From Octopus vulgaris (Eukaryota): a stretch of 64,000 nucleotides of DNA. The translations under genes were made by a program, and so were the position numbers. Of this stretch, positions 26,738 through 41,058 are shown in pieces. The stretch's first letter is position 1, and each line of letters starts with the position of its first letter. Under the pieces are notes generated by a model. It searched no databases and had not been told where the DNA came from. It saw only the letters and a list, made by a program, of their open reading frames with translations. The stretch spans positions 100,068,001 to 100,132,000 of the forward strand of contig OX597816.1 of assembly GCA_951406725.2 (NCBI GenBank), given 5' to 3'.

Positions 26738-27205
26738 TTCGAGTTTTTCCCACCGGCATATGGTGGAAGCTGTTTTCTGTACATTTTCAGTGATTATTGC
26801 CCATGTGCATCTGTCGCACACAAAAACTGTCTTCCCATTTAGCCTTCCATTGATATTGCTGCACCTTGAATGTGTCTATATCTTACACCGGGTACATCTT
26901 ATGGAGGTTCTATGTACCCCTTTTCTACAGATCAAGCAGGGCTGTCTACCCGAAGGGGTTTGTGATTTATGTGTCTTCTTACTTACTAAGACTTTGGTTT
27001 TTCCTAGACTGACTCCAAGGACCTTCAATTCTAGACCTTGCTTCCACACCAGAAACTTCTCCACTTTTGATAGTAACTCGGTTATTAGTGCAAGGTCGTC
27101 AGCATAGAGGAGCTCCCAGTGGCATCCTCTTTTAAATTCTTCTGTTATTGCCTGGAGGACTGTGATGAATAAGAGGGGGCTGAGGACTGATCTCGATGGA
27201 CCCCT
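26737..27205 (-). mobile_element. RTE LINE RT fragment with Cys-rich insert
   Basis: [31 protein letters not shown]...PCLICRKGV...IRCTRC. Confidence 0.88.
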
Positions 27206-27498
27206 ATGTATATATGTGTATATATATATATATGTATGTATATATATATATATGTGTGTGTGTATGTATAAGTATATATATGTGTGTGTATGTTTATATA
27301 TAAACTTTTAGATTATTTTTATATTTTTTATGCTTATATTTGAGAATACTGATAGTTTGAACTTTTGAATGTATTTTGTATGTGTTTGAGATCACTAAGC
27401 ATGAGAGAAAATATAGAATTATGTAACATCTGCTTCAGTTAAAAGCTTTGTGAGTGGATTTGGAAGATGGAAACTGAAAGAAAATAGACATATATATA

Positions 27499-28986
27499 CA
27501 GGGGTTGGACAAAATAATGGAAACACCTTAAAATTTCCAACAAATTTATTTTAATATGGAGTAGGACTGCCTTTTGCAGTAATTACAACTTGAATTCTAT
27601 GAGGTATGGACTCATACAAAATTTGAATTGTTTCCAAAGGAATTTTTGTCCATTCTTCAGCTAAAACAGTCTCCAGTTCTTGTAGTGATGATGGTGGAGG
27701 ATATCGACTCTTTACTTATTTTTCTACAATGCACCATAAATGTTTAATAATATTGAGATCTGAGGACTGTGGTGGCCAGATAAAATGTTCTTTGTGCCAT
27801 TCAGTAACAACTTTAGCTATGTGAATTGGTGCATTATCATCCTAAAAGATTGCATTTCTCTCTGGAAACAGTTCCACAACCATAGGATGAATTTGATCAG
27901 ATAAAATGCTTAAATAGTCTTGAATATTAATTCTGCCATGAAGGGAAGCCATTGGGCCAGCAGATTTCCAAGATATAGCCCCCCCCCCGCCCAGATCATC
28001 ACAGATCCTCCTCCATGTTTAACAGTTGGAAGAAGGCAGTCTGGGTCAAATGCTTGTTTTAGCTGTTTCCACACCTTTACTCGGCCAGTAGTCAGAAATA
28101 AGGTAAAGGATGACTCGTCCAAGAAAATAACATACTCTCTAGGGACCAATTCATATTTCTTTACTGCCCACAAGGAGCTACACAGAGAGGGGACCAATAA
28201 GGACAGACAAATGGATTAAGTCGATTATATCGACCCCAGTGTGTAAGTGGTTCTTATTTAATCGATCTCAAAAGGATGAAAGGCAAAGTCGACCTCAGCG
28301 GAATTTGAACTCAGAACGTAGCGACAGACGAAATACTGCTAAGCATTTCGCCCGGTGTACTAATGTTTCTGCCAGTTTGCCGCCTTGGACCAATTCTGTA
28401 GGTTTTTACTCCGCTCTAAACACTTTGCAACGTTTGTTTTTGAAAGTAGTGGTTTTCTGATTGCAACCCTCCCATGAAATCTAGCTTTGTGCTGCTCCCA
28501 GTGAACAGTTTTTGTGGAAACTGAGTTCACAAGGTGGTCATTAAGCTCTGCGGTAATTTTGGAGCTGTACTTTTGTGATCTTTTCTAACAATTTGCATTA
28601 GAGTCCGACTGTCCATCTGAAAGTTTTGGTTTTCTTCCAGAATTTTGTTTTGATGAGGAGGTTTTCCCTCTTTCTCAAAGGCTGTCATTACTTTCAAGAC
28701 AATACTTCTTGATACATCAAACATTTTGGCTGTTTTCATTATGCTAGCGCCTACCATACAAGCACCAACAATTTTGACCTCTGAGAGTCCAATAGATCTG
28801 TCATTTTAATGAATTTTAATTACCTTTTTCTGATGAATATGAAAAAAACAGCAATTTTAGCAAAACATATTAAGCAACACTAAATAAAAAGAACATAAAA
28901 ATAAACAAGCTTATGGTGATTTTATAGATATTTCATAATTATGATGATATGATGCCCGGTGTTTCCATTATTTTATCCAACCCCTG
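27499..28986 (-). mobile_element. Tc1-family DNA transposon, full-length relic
   Basis: TIRs CAGGGGTTGGACAAAATAATGGAAACACC / GGTGTTTCCATTATTTTATCCAACCCCTG with TA TSD; VIFLDESSF, PTVKHGGGSVMIW, DNAPIH, WPPQSSDLNIIKHLW. Confidence 0.95.
28153..28386 (-). mobile_element. SINE inserted into the Tc1 transposase
   Basis: 10-bp TSD GGACCAATTC at 28143-28152 and 28387-28396; head GGCGGCAAACTGGCAGAAAC...GAGTTCAAATTCC. Confidence 0.92.
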
Positions 28987-30983
28987 TATTTATGTGTGTG
29001 TGTGTTTGTATCTCCTTGTCTTGACATCACTTGATAGTTATAAATAACTGTCACTGTAATTCGTTTCTCTGAGAACATGTTTGGCCATTAGGAAATATGA
29101 CCTTGCTTGGAAACAACTGTGTTTGTGATGGGAAGGGTATATGGACATATAAAATTTTCCTTAATAAACATATTCAGGCATGATAAAATGAATGTTGATA
29201 TACGTGCACATACACACACACATACATATATATACACACACATACACAAATATTCTCTATGGGTTAAGTTTACCTATTCATGGATATTAACTTTGTAAGT
29301 TTATTGTGTATTCTATATGGTAGGCTAGCATTTTATGAAAAATGCTGCAAGTGACAACTGTTCAATAACAATTGTTTAACTCAAGGGTATCATCACCAGT
29401 AATATTAACAAACAATGTGTTTTTTAAGCTGAAAAAAGACTTGTTGACTAGTATTCTATATATCTTATGAAGCTAACAAGAAAAGCTGAATTTCTTGTCT
29501 TTGGAAACAGTTCTCTCCAAAGGAAGGAATGCTCACTTTCTGACATTTACAAAGCACATATGCAACTTATATCAGACCATTGCTCCTACATCTTGTAGAC
29601 TGTAGTTACTTTGCAGTTATATTCTAGATGCATCCTTGTAGAAAGCCACTTGGTTGCTTGGCAAAAATTATTTCACAAATACATTACATCCACTAGTTTA
29701 ATGATATGCCAGTTCCTTTTTATCTCATTTTCTAAAATGGTTTCTACTCTTTTAATATAACCATTTGAATAACAATCCTATGAAACTCATCCAGTGCACT
29801 TGCTTTTACTTTCATCATCTTGACTGTGCCTCATGAAAATCCCACACTTAACAATTTAGTATCAAACCTTTCTACTCAGAGCTCACACTCCTTTTCAGCT
29901 TGCATTTTACTTCTTACGAATATTTGCTGAAATTCAACCTAAATATCAATGAAATTGGCAAATTGGCTTCAGAATTCTGCAATATGTAGGATTAAAAAGA
30001 ACATGAGTTTTGTTTTCTGCTTCTGATGAAATAAAAATATGCCTTCCACGAAATACTGCATTGCAGGGCAATATCTGTGAAAGCTGTAGATCACATCTGA
30101 GTAGCTTTGTCATTACATTTCTGGAACCATAAGTTTCTGACACAATCAGCTACCATTTGTCATTTGTGCATTCCTCACCTTCAGTTATTCTTACTTCTAT
30201 TCTACTTCAAATCATTGTTCTTATATTTTTATTATTTTCATTTCTTTCTTTATGTATTGTCATTTGCAAACTTTTTATTACAATACCTATTCACTGTTTG
30301 TTGAAAAAGACATGCCTGTTGAATACTTGTGCATTGTTTGCAATGTGAGTAACTATCATCATAATGGGAATTTCAAAATTTATTTAGTTTTATATTGATA
30401 GAGATATCTTTGTGCAGCATAGCTAAAAATCTATCATAGATAAAAGACATGGGAATAAGTAGCTAGCAATGTTCTAATCTTGCCTCAAACTTTTGTAATC
30501 TTCATTTTCTGTTGCTATATTACTTTTTGATAATTTGTTGTTTTCTTATTGCAGTAAAAATTATTGCTACATTTTATTTCTCCCTAAAATGTTCGCAGTT
30601 GTTTATTGCAGAAGAATCTTTCTTTTTAGTATTAATATTTTCAAAATTTAATCTGTGATGGAGAAACTTTCCAAATGTTTTCACTCAGTATTATGTCATT
30701 ATGAAATTTTTCATTTGGAATGAAATATGATTTCATATTCTGATTGATTTTAGCATATTAAAAATATTTTAATATATTAAAAAATAGCAACCAGAAAATT
30801 TTTATAATGACGCTATAATAAAACAGAATTTTAAAAAATTGACATTATTCTTCCTGTGTACACATCTTAAATTTAATGTATTTTGAATTTCTTTTGTACT
30901 TTTGTTTCTTTAATGATAATTGTCAAGAATGTTTAGTTATAAATACACATGTATGTATGAATGTATAATAATGTTGTTGCTGC

Positions 30984-31070
<87 letters not shown>

Positions 31071-31087
31071 CATTATTGTTATTATTA
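30984..31087. repeat. (TTA)n microsatellite
   Basis: Direct reading. Confidence 0.97.
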
Positions 31088-31699
31088 ATATTTTTAGTTT
31101 TATTATTATGCTTCTATTCTGATACTCTTTATTCAAAGGTTTGCATTTGTAAGGAATATAAATGGCATTGTATTTAATAAATGTATTTGGTTATCTTGGA
31201 GATAGATTGCATGCAACGAAGTATAGCTACAAATACCTGCTATTATATTTGTTCATCTGTATGATGATATTGGTGTGTAATTGTATTGATCCATTCATAT
31301 TTGTGTAAAATCACATATCCATGCTTAGATGTATGAATGTTTAAATGTATATGGTTATATGCTTTGTATCTTTATTATAAGTTTCTTCAAAATAGATTTA
31401 AAATTCATTTCAATGTTCATGAGTTGGAGAAGCCTACACAGATATATATTCATAACGTAGCTTAAGAGAAATGCCTCATAAGTTTTCAATGGATTATTTC
31501 ACCTTATAATGTCATTTTACAGAACTTTACATTTTCATTTGAGCAACATATATTAGTGAAACTGAGAAACTTTTGTTTATTGAATTGTGAGTTTCAGCTT
31601 CATGTTTCTGTCTGTGCTTCGAATCCTACTTAATTTTAGCAATTATTGCAGATAAAGAGTTCTTCCTACAAAATATCCTGCAGTCACTATAGTCTCAGA

Positions 31700-31960
31700 A
31701 GGTACTTCTGTCAGCTCTCTCTAATCTCTCAGCTTGCATTTTGTCACTCTTGCTTCGTAAATATGAGTGATGTGTTTCAGTTCACCAGAACTCACAGTTT
31801 TGCAGATGATGCTATGATTTCAGTCAATGTAAATAAAGAAATATATATTAAAGCATTACAGAATGCTCTGGATTTAATACATGGGAATAGAATAATAATA
31901 TGAAGTTCAGTGTTACAAGTTTCCATACTCTATTCTGTGAAAAATGATTTTTCAATGAAA
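31700..31960 (+). mobile_element. Ancient LINE RT remnant (CR1/Jockey-like)
   Basis: FVNMSDVF...HSFADDAMIS...ALQNALDLI. Confidence 0.5.
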
Positions 31961-32299
31961 TGTTTTATATAATCTCAAATATAGAAGCATCCAAAATTCA
32001 GAACCACATTTGCATCCTTCCATACAGATAATAATTATCTTGTACCTACATGCTGTAAGCCATTGGGTTGTGTTGTGAGAAATCACAGTTTCAACAGTAA
32101 TGGTGACATTGGTTCTGAGCTGAATAGATTACTGATTGGGACTTTTGACTCAAAATACTTATGGACAAATGATTTTGAAAAAAAAAAAGAATATAAAAAT
32201 ATTTCAGAAAGAAATCTAAAATACTGTAAATGCCTGAGGTTGTTTACCTACTTCATTTGAAAACCTAGAGAAATATACAATTTTTTTAAACATTTAGGT

Positions 32300-33017
32300 C
32301 AATCTCCAGGTAAAATACTGAATTTTAGAGAACATACGAGACAGCTTACTGAGTGCCACAGACCAAATCTGCAGCTGGAGCAAAGTCCCCTTCCAGACCT
32401 AGAGTAACATGGTAGTGGAATAACATGGTAGACAAGGCCATTAGAGCAAAGAAACAGGCCTGGAAAGCCTGGAAGAGTGGGGGTAGCAGGGAACTGTACC
32501 AGATAGCCAGAAGGGAGGCTGGGTGACAGATATATATAGGCAAGGGAGAAGCAGAAAAGAAGTTTGCCAATGTTCAGTGATGTGAGGACCAACGAACTGA
32601 AGTATTTCAGATTGCAAGACAGAGTGTGAGAGAAAATTGTGATGTCACGGGAGAGAAATGTGTCTGCATGGATGATGGTGCACTTGCTTTTAATGATTCT
32701 GAAAAGAAAGAGGCTTTGAGAAGCCATTATGAAAGGCTGCTGAATGTGGAAAATGAATGGGAGGAGGAGAGCCTGCCAAATGATCACCCCATAGAGGGAC
32801 TAGCTATCCGAATAGCTAAACGCCTGACTGGCTCCCATGCTGGTGGCATGTAAAAAGCACCCACTACACTCTCGGAGTAGTTGGCATTAGAAAGGGCATC
32901 CTACTGTAGAAATATTGCCTGATCAGATTGGAACCTGGAGCTTGCCAGTCCCCAGTGAAACCGTCCAACCCATGCCAGCATGAAAAATGGATGTTAGATG
33001 ATAATGATGATGATGAT
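32300..33017 (+). mobile_element. RTE LINE internal fragment joined to a 3' tail
   Basis: WNNMVDKAIRAKKQAWKAWK, HYERLLNVENEW; tail 32820-33017 ends in GAT repeats. Confidence 0.88.
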
Positions 33018-33399
33018 ACATAAATCAGAGAATTGCCAGCCATCTAATGTTCCATCAGCTGTCAATCCAGAAAAAAACCTTATATAGGCATCCCTGAATC
33101 ACAATATTTTTCTGTAACATGAAATTCTATAATGTGAAACATATTTTCTCATTGATTTCCAATTTATAAATTAAGATGCACTCTAATAGAACTTTTTCAT
33201 AAAATAAATGCAAACAAACATATCGTATAACTACATTTTGCATTAAAAAATCAATTTTTTAAATGCACATATTACATTATGTATACATAGAAACATTTAA
33301 AGATAAATAAGTTAGGTAATGAATAAAGTACAGTAATATCATTAGTGCAGAACATACCTCAAATAATGAAATGGTATTGGCTGCTGTATGATAGATGAT

Positions 33400-34700
33400 G
33401 ATGCAATAGGAGTCACTGGAGGAAGGGAAGCACTATCATCTGCTCCATAGATCATCAGCATCTACTTCAAGAGTGAAGAACTTATCTGAGATTGGTTGAT
33501 GTTTACAGTGCACCATCTCTTCCTACAGATCTATGGTCAATAGACAAATTCATTATGAACTCTTTGTATAATTTTTGTTTTACTCAAGATTAAGATTGTT
33601 ATCAGCAAAGACTTGTATATCTTCCTTTTATAAGTGTTGACTATTTAGGTATATTCTTTGCAGTCAATTAAAGAGGAGTGGGTAAAGCTTTCATATTTCG
33701 TTCTTGCTCTGCAACTCACTCTTGTTCTAATGTTTCAGCTCCTTATTAGGCAGGCTGTCTCTATGGAAACCAAGCAACTCATCTACATCATCTACTAGGA
33801 CTTCTTTAAACCTTATAGCTGACTTGCTGGGGAAATTCTGTAATGTCACAGATACAGTTTGGCCATTGTTTAGAGCAAAGAAGTATTTTTAGTGATATGT
33901 TCCATTCTTGGAAAGTTCATTTAAGTTCACTGGATGATTTGATGCATTATCATAAAGACCCAATGCTTCTTTAGAAACATTGCACCTGGCATTCTGCAGC
34001 CTGACAAAAGAAGTCTGTAAATAATTTTTGGAAAAGGCTCATAATAATTCAAACATTGTTATTTGAAAGCCAAGTCACAAGTGATGAAACAGCACAGCCT
34101 TTAAAAGCCCCTTGAATTTGGGGAATGATGCATAAGTAGGAGCTTCAATTATATATTGACAGCAACCTTTTCTTCCACAAGAAACCTCTGACAATTTTCA
34201 TTAAATTTGAAATCTGCTGTTACTTTTCTTCACTGGAAATAAATGTTCTAGTAGGCATGCACCTCTAGAAAAGCTCAGGTTCATCAACATTGAATATTTA
34301 TTCTGGTATACTGTTTCCTTCAGCAATACTTTTCTTCAGTTCAACTGTATCAGCACTTGTCACTTCACCAGTCAAACCTTTCAAATGAGACTTCAAATAA
34401 TGAGAGGTTTTGCATTTGAAGTTGCAACTTCTATTTATGCAGATTTTCATACAAAACTTTTAGCTTTTGCTTAAAACATTATCATATTTATCAGCGTATT
34501 ATGTCCAAAATTGTTCATCAATTCACATATTGAAAAGTCACTCCATTTTAGGTATCACTTCAGCAAATATCTGAGCATTTAATGTAATACTTGAGTACAT
34601 AACCTAATTTTATTTTTATTGAAAAGTATTGTTCCTACTATAGATGTTACATGCTTTAATTGTTTTGTAATATGGCTGAGATTTTCTTTGGTATCAAATC
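33400..34700 (-). mobile_element. Tigger/pogo transposase relic
   Basis: Minus strand GLTGEVTSADTVELKKSIAEGNSIPE*IFNVDEPELF*RCMPTRTFISSEEK, a pogo DDE N-terminal signature; boundaries approximate. Confidence 0.75.
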
Positions 34701-37700
34701 TTTATAAAATATCAGGTTTAACATCCAATGTAACCCCTTTGTGACTTGTTTGAGTACTACTGCTTTCATTTTCACTTTGATGGTCTCTTTCCAGCCACTT
34801 GAATAAGTGAATATGCACATCACCTCACATTTTAAAGTTAAATTCATCTGTAGCTGTGATGGTTAAGAAATTTACACCAAAAAGTAGAACACTGCAATCT
34901 GAGGAATTCATAAAATGTATGACAAAATGAGAGGGATAGAGAAGTAGAGAAGTAGGAGGATGTACTGCTTGATTAAAGTTAGTAGCAACACTCAGGTCAA
35001 TTAAGCACACAAACAAGGTGAAGCAATGCTGAGGAGAATATGGGTAGATGCTAGCAAGTATGCTGTGATCAGTGAAGAAATATTTCCTTTGAATAAGTGC
35101 ATGCACAAACAAGCAGGTACAGAGGAGGGAAAGCATAAGTACTAGTATGGTTTATAAAACAAACAAAAAATGTATCCTGATTTTCGTTTTTAAGATTGTT
35201 AAAATTTGCCTGATTCAATAATTGTGTAATTGCAGACTGTATCCTTAATTTAATGGCCACTTTTAAAATTTCCTTAAGTGCAGAATACCATAACCTGAGT
35301 TTCCATAATGTAGACAGATGTTTCTATTACAATAGCCTTGCTTTTTGAAGACTGTTAAAGATTGCAAATGCCTCTTAAGAAACTTAACTTGTACATTCCC
35401 AACCAGTCTCCTTCCATAGACTGTATTCAGTATTTTTGACCAGTACATCAATTATGAAATTATATACACTTGCTTTACAAAAAAACTAAGGATGTATTGT
35501 AGACAAATCATGATAAAGAAAATTAAGCAGTGCTTTATCTTGTCCAATACTCACAGAAACTGCTAAATAAGTAGAACTGACCGAAACACACTGTAAATAC
35601 TTTAATTAGTGTATTAAAAATCCCAACATTCCTAATTTTCATGTCTTTATCGTTTCCCATTACATACCTAGAAGACTACTCATCTTTAGCTGGCACTTTT
35701 TTTACTCTTCCAATGCACTTGTTTTTCATTTCTATACTATCACATTCTGATTTCAGAATCATATTATGTATACATCGTATTGAGAAAGACTTCTATTGCT
35801 TCCTTAAAGCTCTTTTCTGTGTAGTCTTTTCAAAAAATTTATTCAGTTAGCAAATACTTTTTACTATCAGTAATGAGATTGTTTGTAATAGAAAAATATT
35901 TTGTTTTAATTCTCTAAAATTGAACTTGCATCAATGAAAATGAGTGGTCATTTGTCTCAAAGACTTACTATAACTCAACAAAAAATATTCTAATATCTTA
36001 TATAGGTCATTATACTTTAATAACTGTTATGATCAATGTAATAATGTTGAGTTTTCTCAAATGACCAATGTTAGCTATAAAGACTAGGTCAAGAATACTA
36101 AAAGTGTCTCTTGGAGAATTGTAGATTTGAATGAAGAAACCAATTCTGTCATATTAAGGATAGTAAATGTTCTAGTTTCTATACATTGCTGTTTACTGTA
36201 TTAGGTGTGAAAATCTAGACATATCAAGAATAATAATATTTGATTATGTTCTAAGAAGCTTCAGTAAATATTTCCTGTTTTAATTTGTTGCTTCTGCCAG
36301 ATTTGATAGATAGATAATAATTATTTTGGAATAAGCACAAAAATTACACATTTAAAGTAACTAAAATTTAAGAAGTGCAAGAATGTTGCTGTATCAAAAA
36401 ACTATTACAATAATTTTAAGGACACTTAAATAACAAAATATACAACCTTAAGCAGAATATAAAATTACCACTCATGGTACTGAATTCTGATTGTCAATTT
36501 AATCAGTATGATCCTCAAAAATAACAATATTAATAAATTACCAAAAGGTTGTTGTAAAGAAAAAAAGTTGATGTGTATAATTAGAATGTCTTTAGTATCT
36601 TATAGCACATATTTTTATCCCATGGGGAGGTAAACAGCCAAGCAACTCTTAACTCTAGTGAGGTCGCAGACCATAAGCCATAAAGCATTTGTCTGCCTTG
36701 CTATAATCATAACCATCCCCATCATCAGAGTATGTTGATTTGGGGTAGATGTCTTCTAATACTCATTCATATGCTTACAAAAAGTGCATGGGAAATGTAA
36801 AGTAAGTTTTTTTTAACAAAGAACTGAAACCAGCTATACACTGAGGTTGATTGACACCCAACTGGATAATGACTGTTTCTAAACTAGCATGCTTACATTT
36901 GTCATCTGTGTGCAGCACATGCCATACTGAATCAAAAGTAGATGATTTTGGATTTCACCCATTGTCATGCTGCCTCAGCACCAGCCATTACCTTAAGCAT
37001 ACCATCCTTAATGATATTGTCAGATAGGGGTTAAACAAAGTCTGTAATCTATCACAATTTAATCTGGTAGGATTGGACAACAAAAGCCCAGGCAGTATTA
37101 TAATCTTACCATTCTAAGGAAGTAAGTTTCTAATCATGAATATGATCTGAAGTGATATTTCTTCAGCAGTAAACTGGTAAACTTGACACCAAACCCAGGC
37201 TTTGCTATCTAACAGGTGGAGGATAACATGTCAACAAAATATCTGCTGTTCTCTGAAAGGTTTCTGTGAGAACAAATAGTAAAACTCTAGTATCTGTAGT
37301 CTCCAGACTATTTTTCTACGCAACTTGATTGGGATGGAGAATGCTGTAAATTTGAATGTGCTTCGTTGGATGGAATGGATCTTTCAGCATATTTCTTTCT
37401 TGCTAATCTTTGATGTAATGCATCTCCCATTTTATCAGTTGGGACTATAAAAAATTACATGACTGGCTGCAGTATATCTGTCAATCAAAGCTGCTTCAAC
37501 AGACAACACTATGGATGGGCGATGTACAAGAGCTGTATCACAATGTGTCAGCTTATCTATCTCAAAAAAAAAGAAAAAGAAAAAAGGCATAGTTAGTTTT
37601 CTGAAAATGTACTGGTGCATAAGGACATCATACAGAAGTAACTCAGTAGGAGTTAAGAATTAAATATGCAGTTGGATTAATTGAGATAAGAATTATTTTA

Positions 37701-38717
37701 ATCTCCAGCCCTTGTTTGTGTTAACATTTCACCTGCATTCACCTTGCTTTTAATGAAAAGAATTCATCAAATCTTTGATATAAGTGGTAAAATTATAAAC
37801 TCTCATTCAAAGTAATCACAATTCCAAAGTACCTGTCTCTAATTATTGTCAAATTAAAAACACTTAAAAAAAATAAACCAGTACTAGTATGACTAAGAAA
37901 AACATCTATGTACATACTCACAGATATAGATATATGTGTGGAAATACAATATAAAACCTTGAGATTTTTGCAACAATACCCAAGCATGCTACATGAACTA
38001 AAATATACAAATATGCACATACATTTTGCATGAGAACTTGTGATCAAAAATATGATTAGTGGTATTGTGAAATTAATTGTGTTGAGACGAAAATGGTTGA
38101 TAATTATATCAATGATGATGTTCATTGATTAATGAAATGTTATCTAGAAATATGTTAACAGGCTTTGCAAGTACCTCTTGTCTATATTTAATTTTAAATT
38201 ATTTTCCTCTAGATCAACTTCCTTCAAATGTTGAAATTAAGATAATTACTTAAACTAATTAAATTCTCCACTGAAGATACAGAAAATTTAAAACTTCAAA
38301 CAACCTTTAAAACTAATATTGATATTAGATTAAAACTGTTGAGCCGTTATATATGCCAATTACAAATACTGAGCAAGCTAATGCTCTTTATAAGAATTTT
38401 TTATCCTGAGAATAATATATATTTTTTGTTAATGCTTCTGCAATTTAAAAGTATGAATATTGTAGTTTGTCAGGTTAGATTAACTCTCTAGAGTATGATG
38501 TTGAAATGTTATACAAAACTGGGTGCAGATATGGCATGGTTATACAGTTAAGAAGTTGCTTAGCTATCAGATAGTTCTGAGATGGATGCCACAGCATAGT
38601 ACTTTGATTGAGTTTTCTTCCTATGCTTCAGTATGACTAGTGCTTTGTAAATGGAATTTAGTTGGTAGAAATTGCACAGAAACTCTGTGTCTTTTGCTTA
38701 CATAGCTTTTATCCTTC

Positions 38718-38985
38718 ACTTGTTTCCGTCATTAGACTGTGGCCATGCTGGGGCACATCTTGAAGAATTTTTAGTCAAAGGAATTGACCCCAGAATTTAT
38801 TTTTATAAGTCTGATACTTATTCTATTGGGTCTTTTTTGCTTTTTCTGAACTGCGAAGTTATGGGGACATAAGCACACCAGCACTAGTCGTTAAGCAGTG
38901 GGTTGGGAGTTGAAACACAGACACAAAGACACATGTACATTATATGTAGTTAGGAAGCAAGCTTCTTACACACAGCCATGCCTAT
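38718..38985 (-). mobile_element. Decayed tRNA-derived SINE
   Basis: GACTGTGGCCATGCTGGGGCAC...ACTTATTCTATTGG...GGGGACATAAGCACACCAGC. Confidence 0.7.
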
Positions 38986-39226
38986 ATATTGATGGAGTAT
39001 AATACTGTGTATGTTATTTTTTCTGCCCAAGTTGCACATATGCTTCCTTGTTGTACTCACCATCAGAAATTTGTAACCAAATGTGATTTCAAATGTAAAG
39101 TATGCAACTTTTCATGTAAATACTTTCTTACTCCTGTTCTCATTTGCCTGTCTTTCTATTTCTATTAATTGTCCTCACCTCTGGTCTACCTCATCCTGAT
39201 AAAAAAATTGGTGTTTATGATTCTGA

Positions 39227-39272
<46 letters not shown>

Positions 39273-39518
39273 CACTACTTGGTGATAGTATCATGTTAAC
39301 CTAACATTTTATCACCCATTATGTGTGTGTGTATACACATAGACCAGTATGTATGTAGGTATGTATATATTGTTGAAATATATGTTTGATATAATAATAA
39401 AATAATGTGGTTTCATGCAACAAATTCATCATATGAATACCCCCTTTTTAGGTAAATAAACTGAATGTCTAGCTTGAAGTTGAGTAAGATGTATGCTTGT
39501 TGTAGATGCCTGTATATG

Positions 39519-39857
39519 GTGGTGACCCCCTTCAGTCAGACACTGACCATGGGTTTGCACCTAGAGAGTTACCCTCTGAGGCACAAGTCTGGGCAAGGTT
39601 GTTTTATTGGAAGACCAGCAGTCGCCCATGCATACCGGCCTCCCCTCTCCACATCACCGATGTTGTCCAAGGGAAAGGCAAAGGGGCCGATACAGCTTGG
39701 CACCTGTGACGTCGCAACTCATTTCTACAGCTGAGTGAACTGGAGCAACGTGAAATAAAGTGTCTTGCTCAAGAACACAACACGCAGCCCGGTCCGGGAT
39801 TCGAGCTCACAACCTCACGATTGTAAGCTCGACACTCTAACCACTGAGCCACGCGCT
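39519..39857 (-). mobile_element. tRNA-derived SINE of another family, full length
   Basis: Head GCGCGTGGCTCAGTGGTTAGAG...GCTCGAATCCCGG; imperfect TSD GATGCCTGTATATG / GATGCATGTGTATG. Confidence 0.85.
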
Positions 39858-40788
39858 GATGCATGTGTATGAGGAGTTTAATATCTGGTTAACTATTACT
39901 CTTCAGTTAGCAATGTGACCTACAATCTCAACTAGAATTAAAACTATAACAAAAGTTTAAAAATGACTGAGAATTCTGATATTTGCTTAAATAGTCAATT
40001 AGCTTCTTATTGCTATATAACAAATGAAAAATTTGTTAAGTATATAGTACTCACACTCTTTGCCTATGCTGCATATTTATAGTAACAAAAGTTAATATAA
40101 CAATTTCACACCCATTAACATTTGTGATAGCTTTATTTATATCTATTGATTTTCAGTGTGACAAAATATTGCTTATATCAAGAAATATTTGTCTTGTAAG
40201 CAATTAGTCACTTACTTTAGCATTTGTCAATAATATTGATACATCAATCATAATGTTATTAATGTTCCCTATAATCAGATTAGTAAAGTAAGTGATTAAC
40301 TCTTCTCTTATCACCGAAAGCTTCCAAATTATTATTATAATGCTTTAGGGTTCTCTGGAGTTTTTTATATATTATTTTCCTCTCATCTAAATCAGCATTC
40401 ATGCATCTACATTATTTGTTAACTGTTAAGACATTATGTAATGAAATTTGCTTAACAGTCCACATAAAACCAACAATATGGCACAATGTGACTACTTCTG
40501 CAAGAAACAACATACTAAGGAATAAGTATACATCTGAGGATTTTTCAAAACATAAGTTTCAATGTAATGCAGTGTGTACATATACCATTTCATATACTCG
40601 ACTTTAAATTATTATTTTATCAAGGGTAGTATATATGGCCATAACTAACAATATAGTTTATTAAAAACTATTTAATATGAAATGAACAAACATTTCTTGC
40701 ATGTATGTGTGTAGTATGAATGTCTCTATGTATATATGTTTGTGTATTTGTATGTGTAGGTATATATATATATCTATCTATCTATCTA

Positions 40789-40819
<31 letters not shown>

Positions 40820-40822
<3 letters not shown>

Positions 40823-41058
40823 GACATACAATAGAAATACAAAATGGCTGACGGTTAGTAAGGAGAGACACAAGTAAGTGAGAAGAAAACAAAGGACCAC
40901 TGATGCGGTCACAGGAGTGTGACGAAAGAACTTTGGCCGAAATAAGATTAAGATTAATGTAAAAAATAAATATCACTGAAGCAAAATAACACCAAATATA
41001 TAGTGCGTGTGTTTTTATTGGCTAAACTGGCAATATGACCATTCCGAAATATAACAAT
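40820..41058 (+). mobile_element. TA-flanked insert with variant hammerhead motif (40895-40938)
   Basis: GACCA-CTGATGC-GGTCAC-AGGAGT-GTGAC-GAAA-GAA-CTT-TGGCC. Confidence 0.55.

Noticed and set aside
29400-30150. Possible coding or transposase relic (similar stretches at 36500-37650 and 57800-58300)
   Set aside because: No sustained frame or motif I could identify
30920-31177. Poly-Leu and poly-Ile ORFs
   Set aside because: (TTA)n microsatellite
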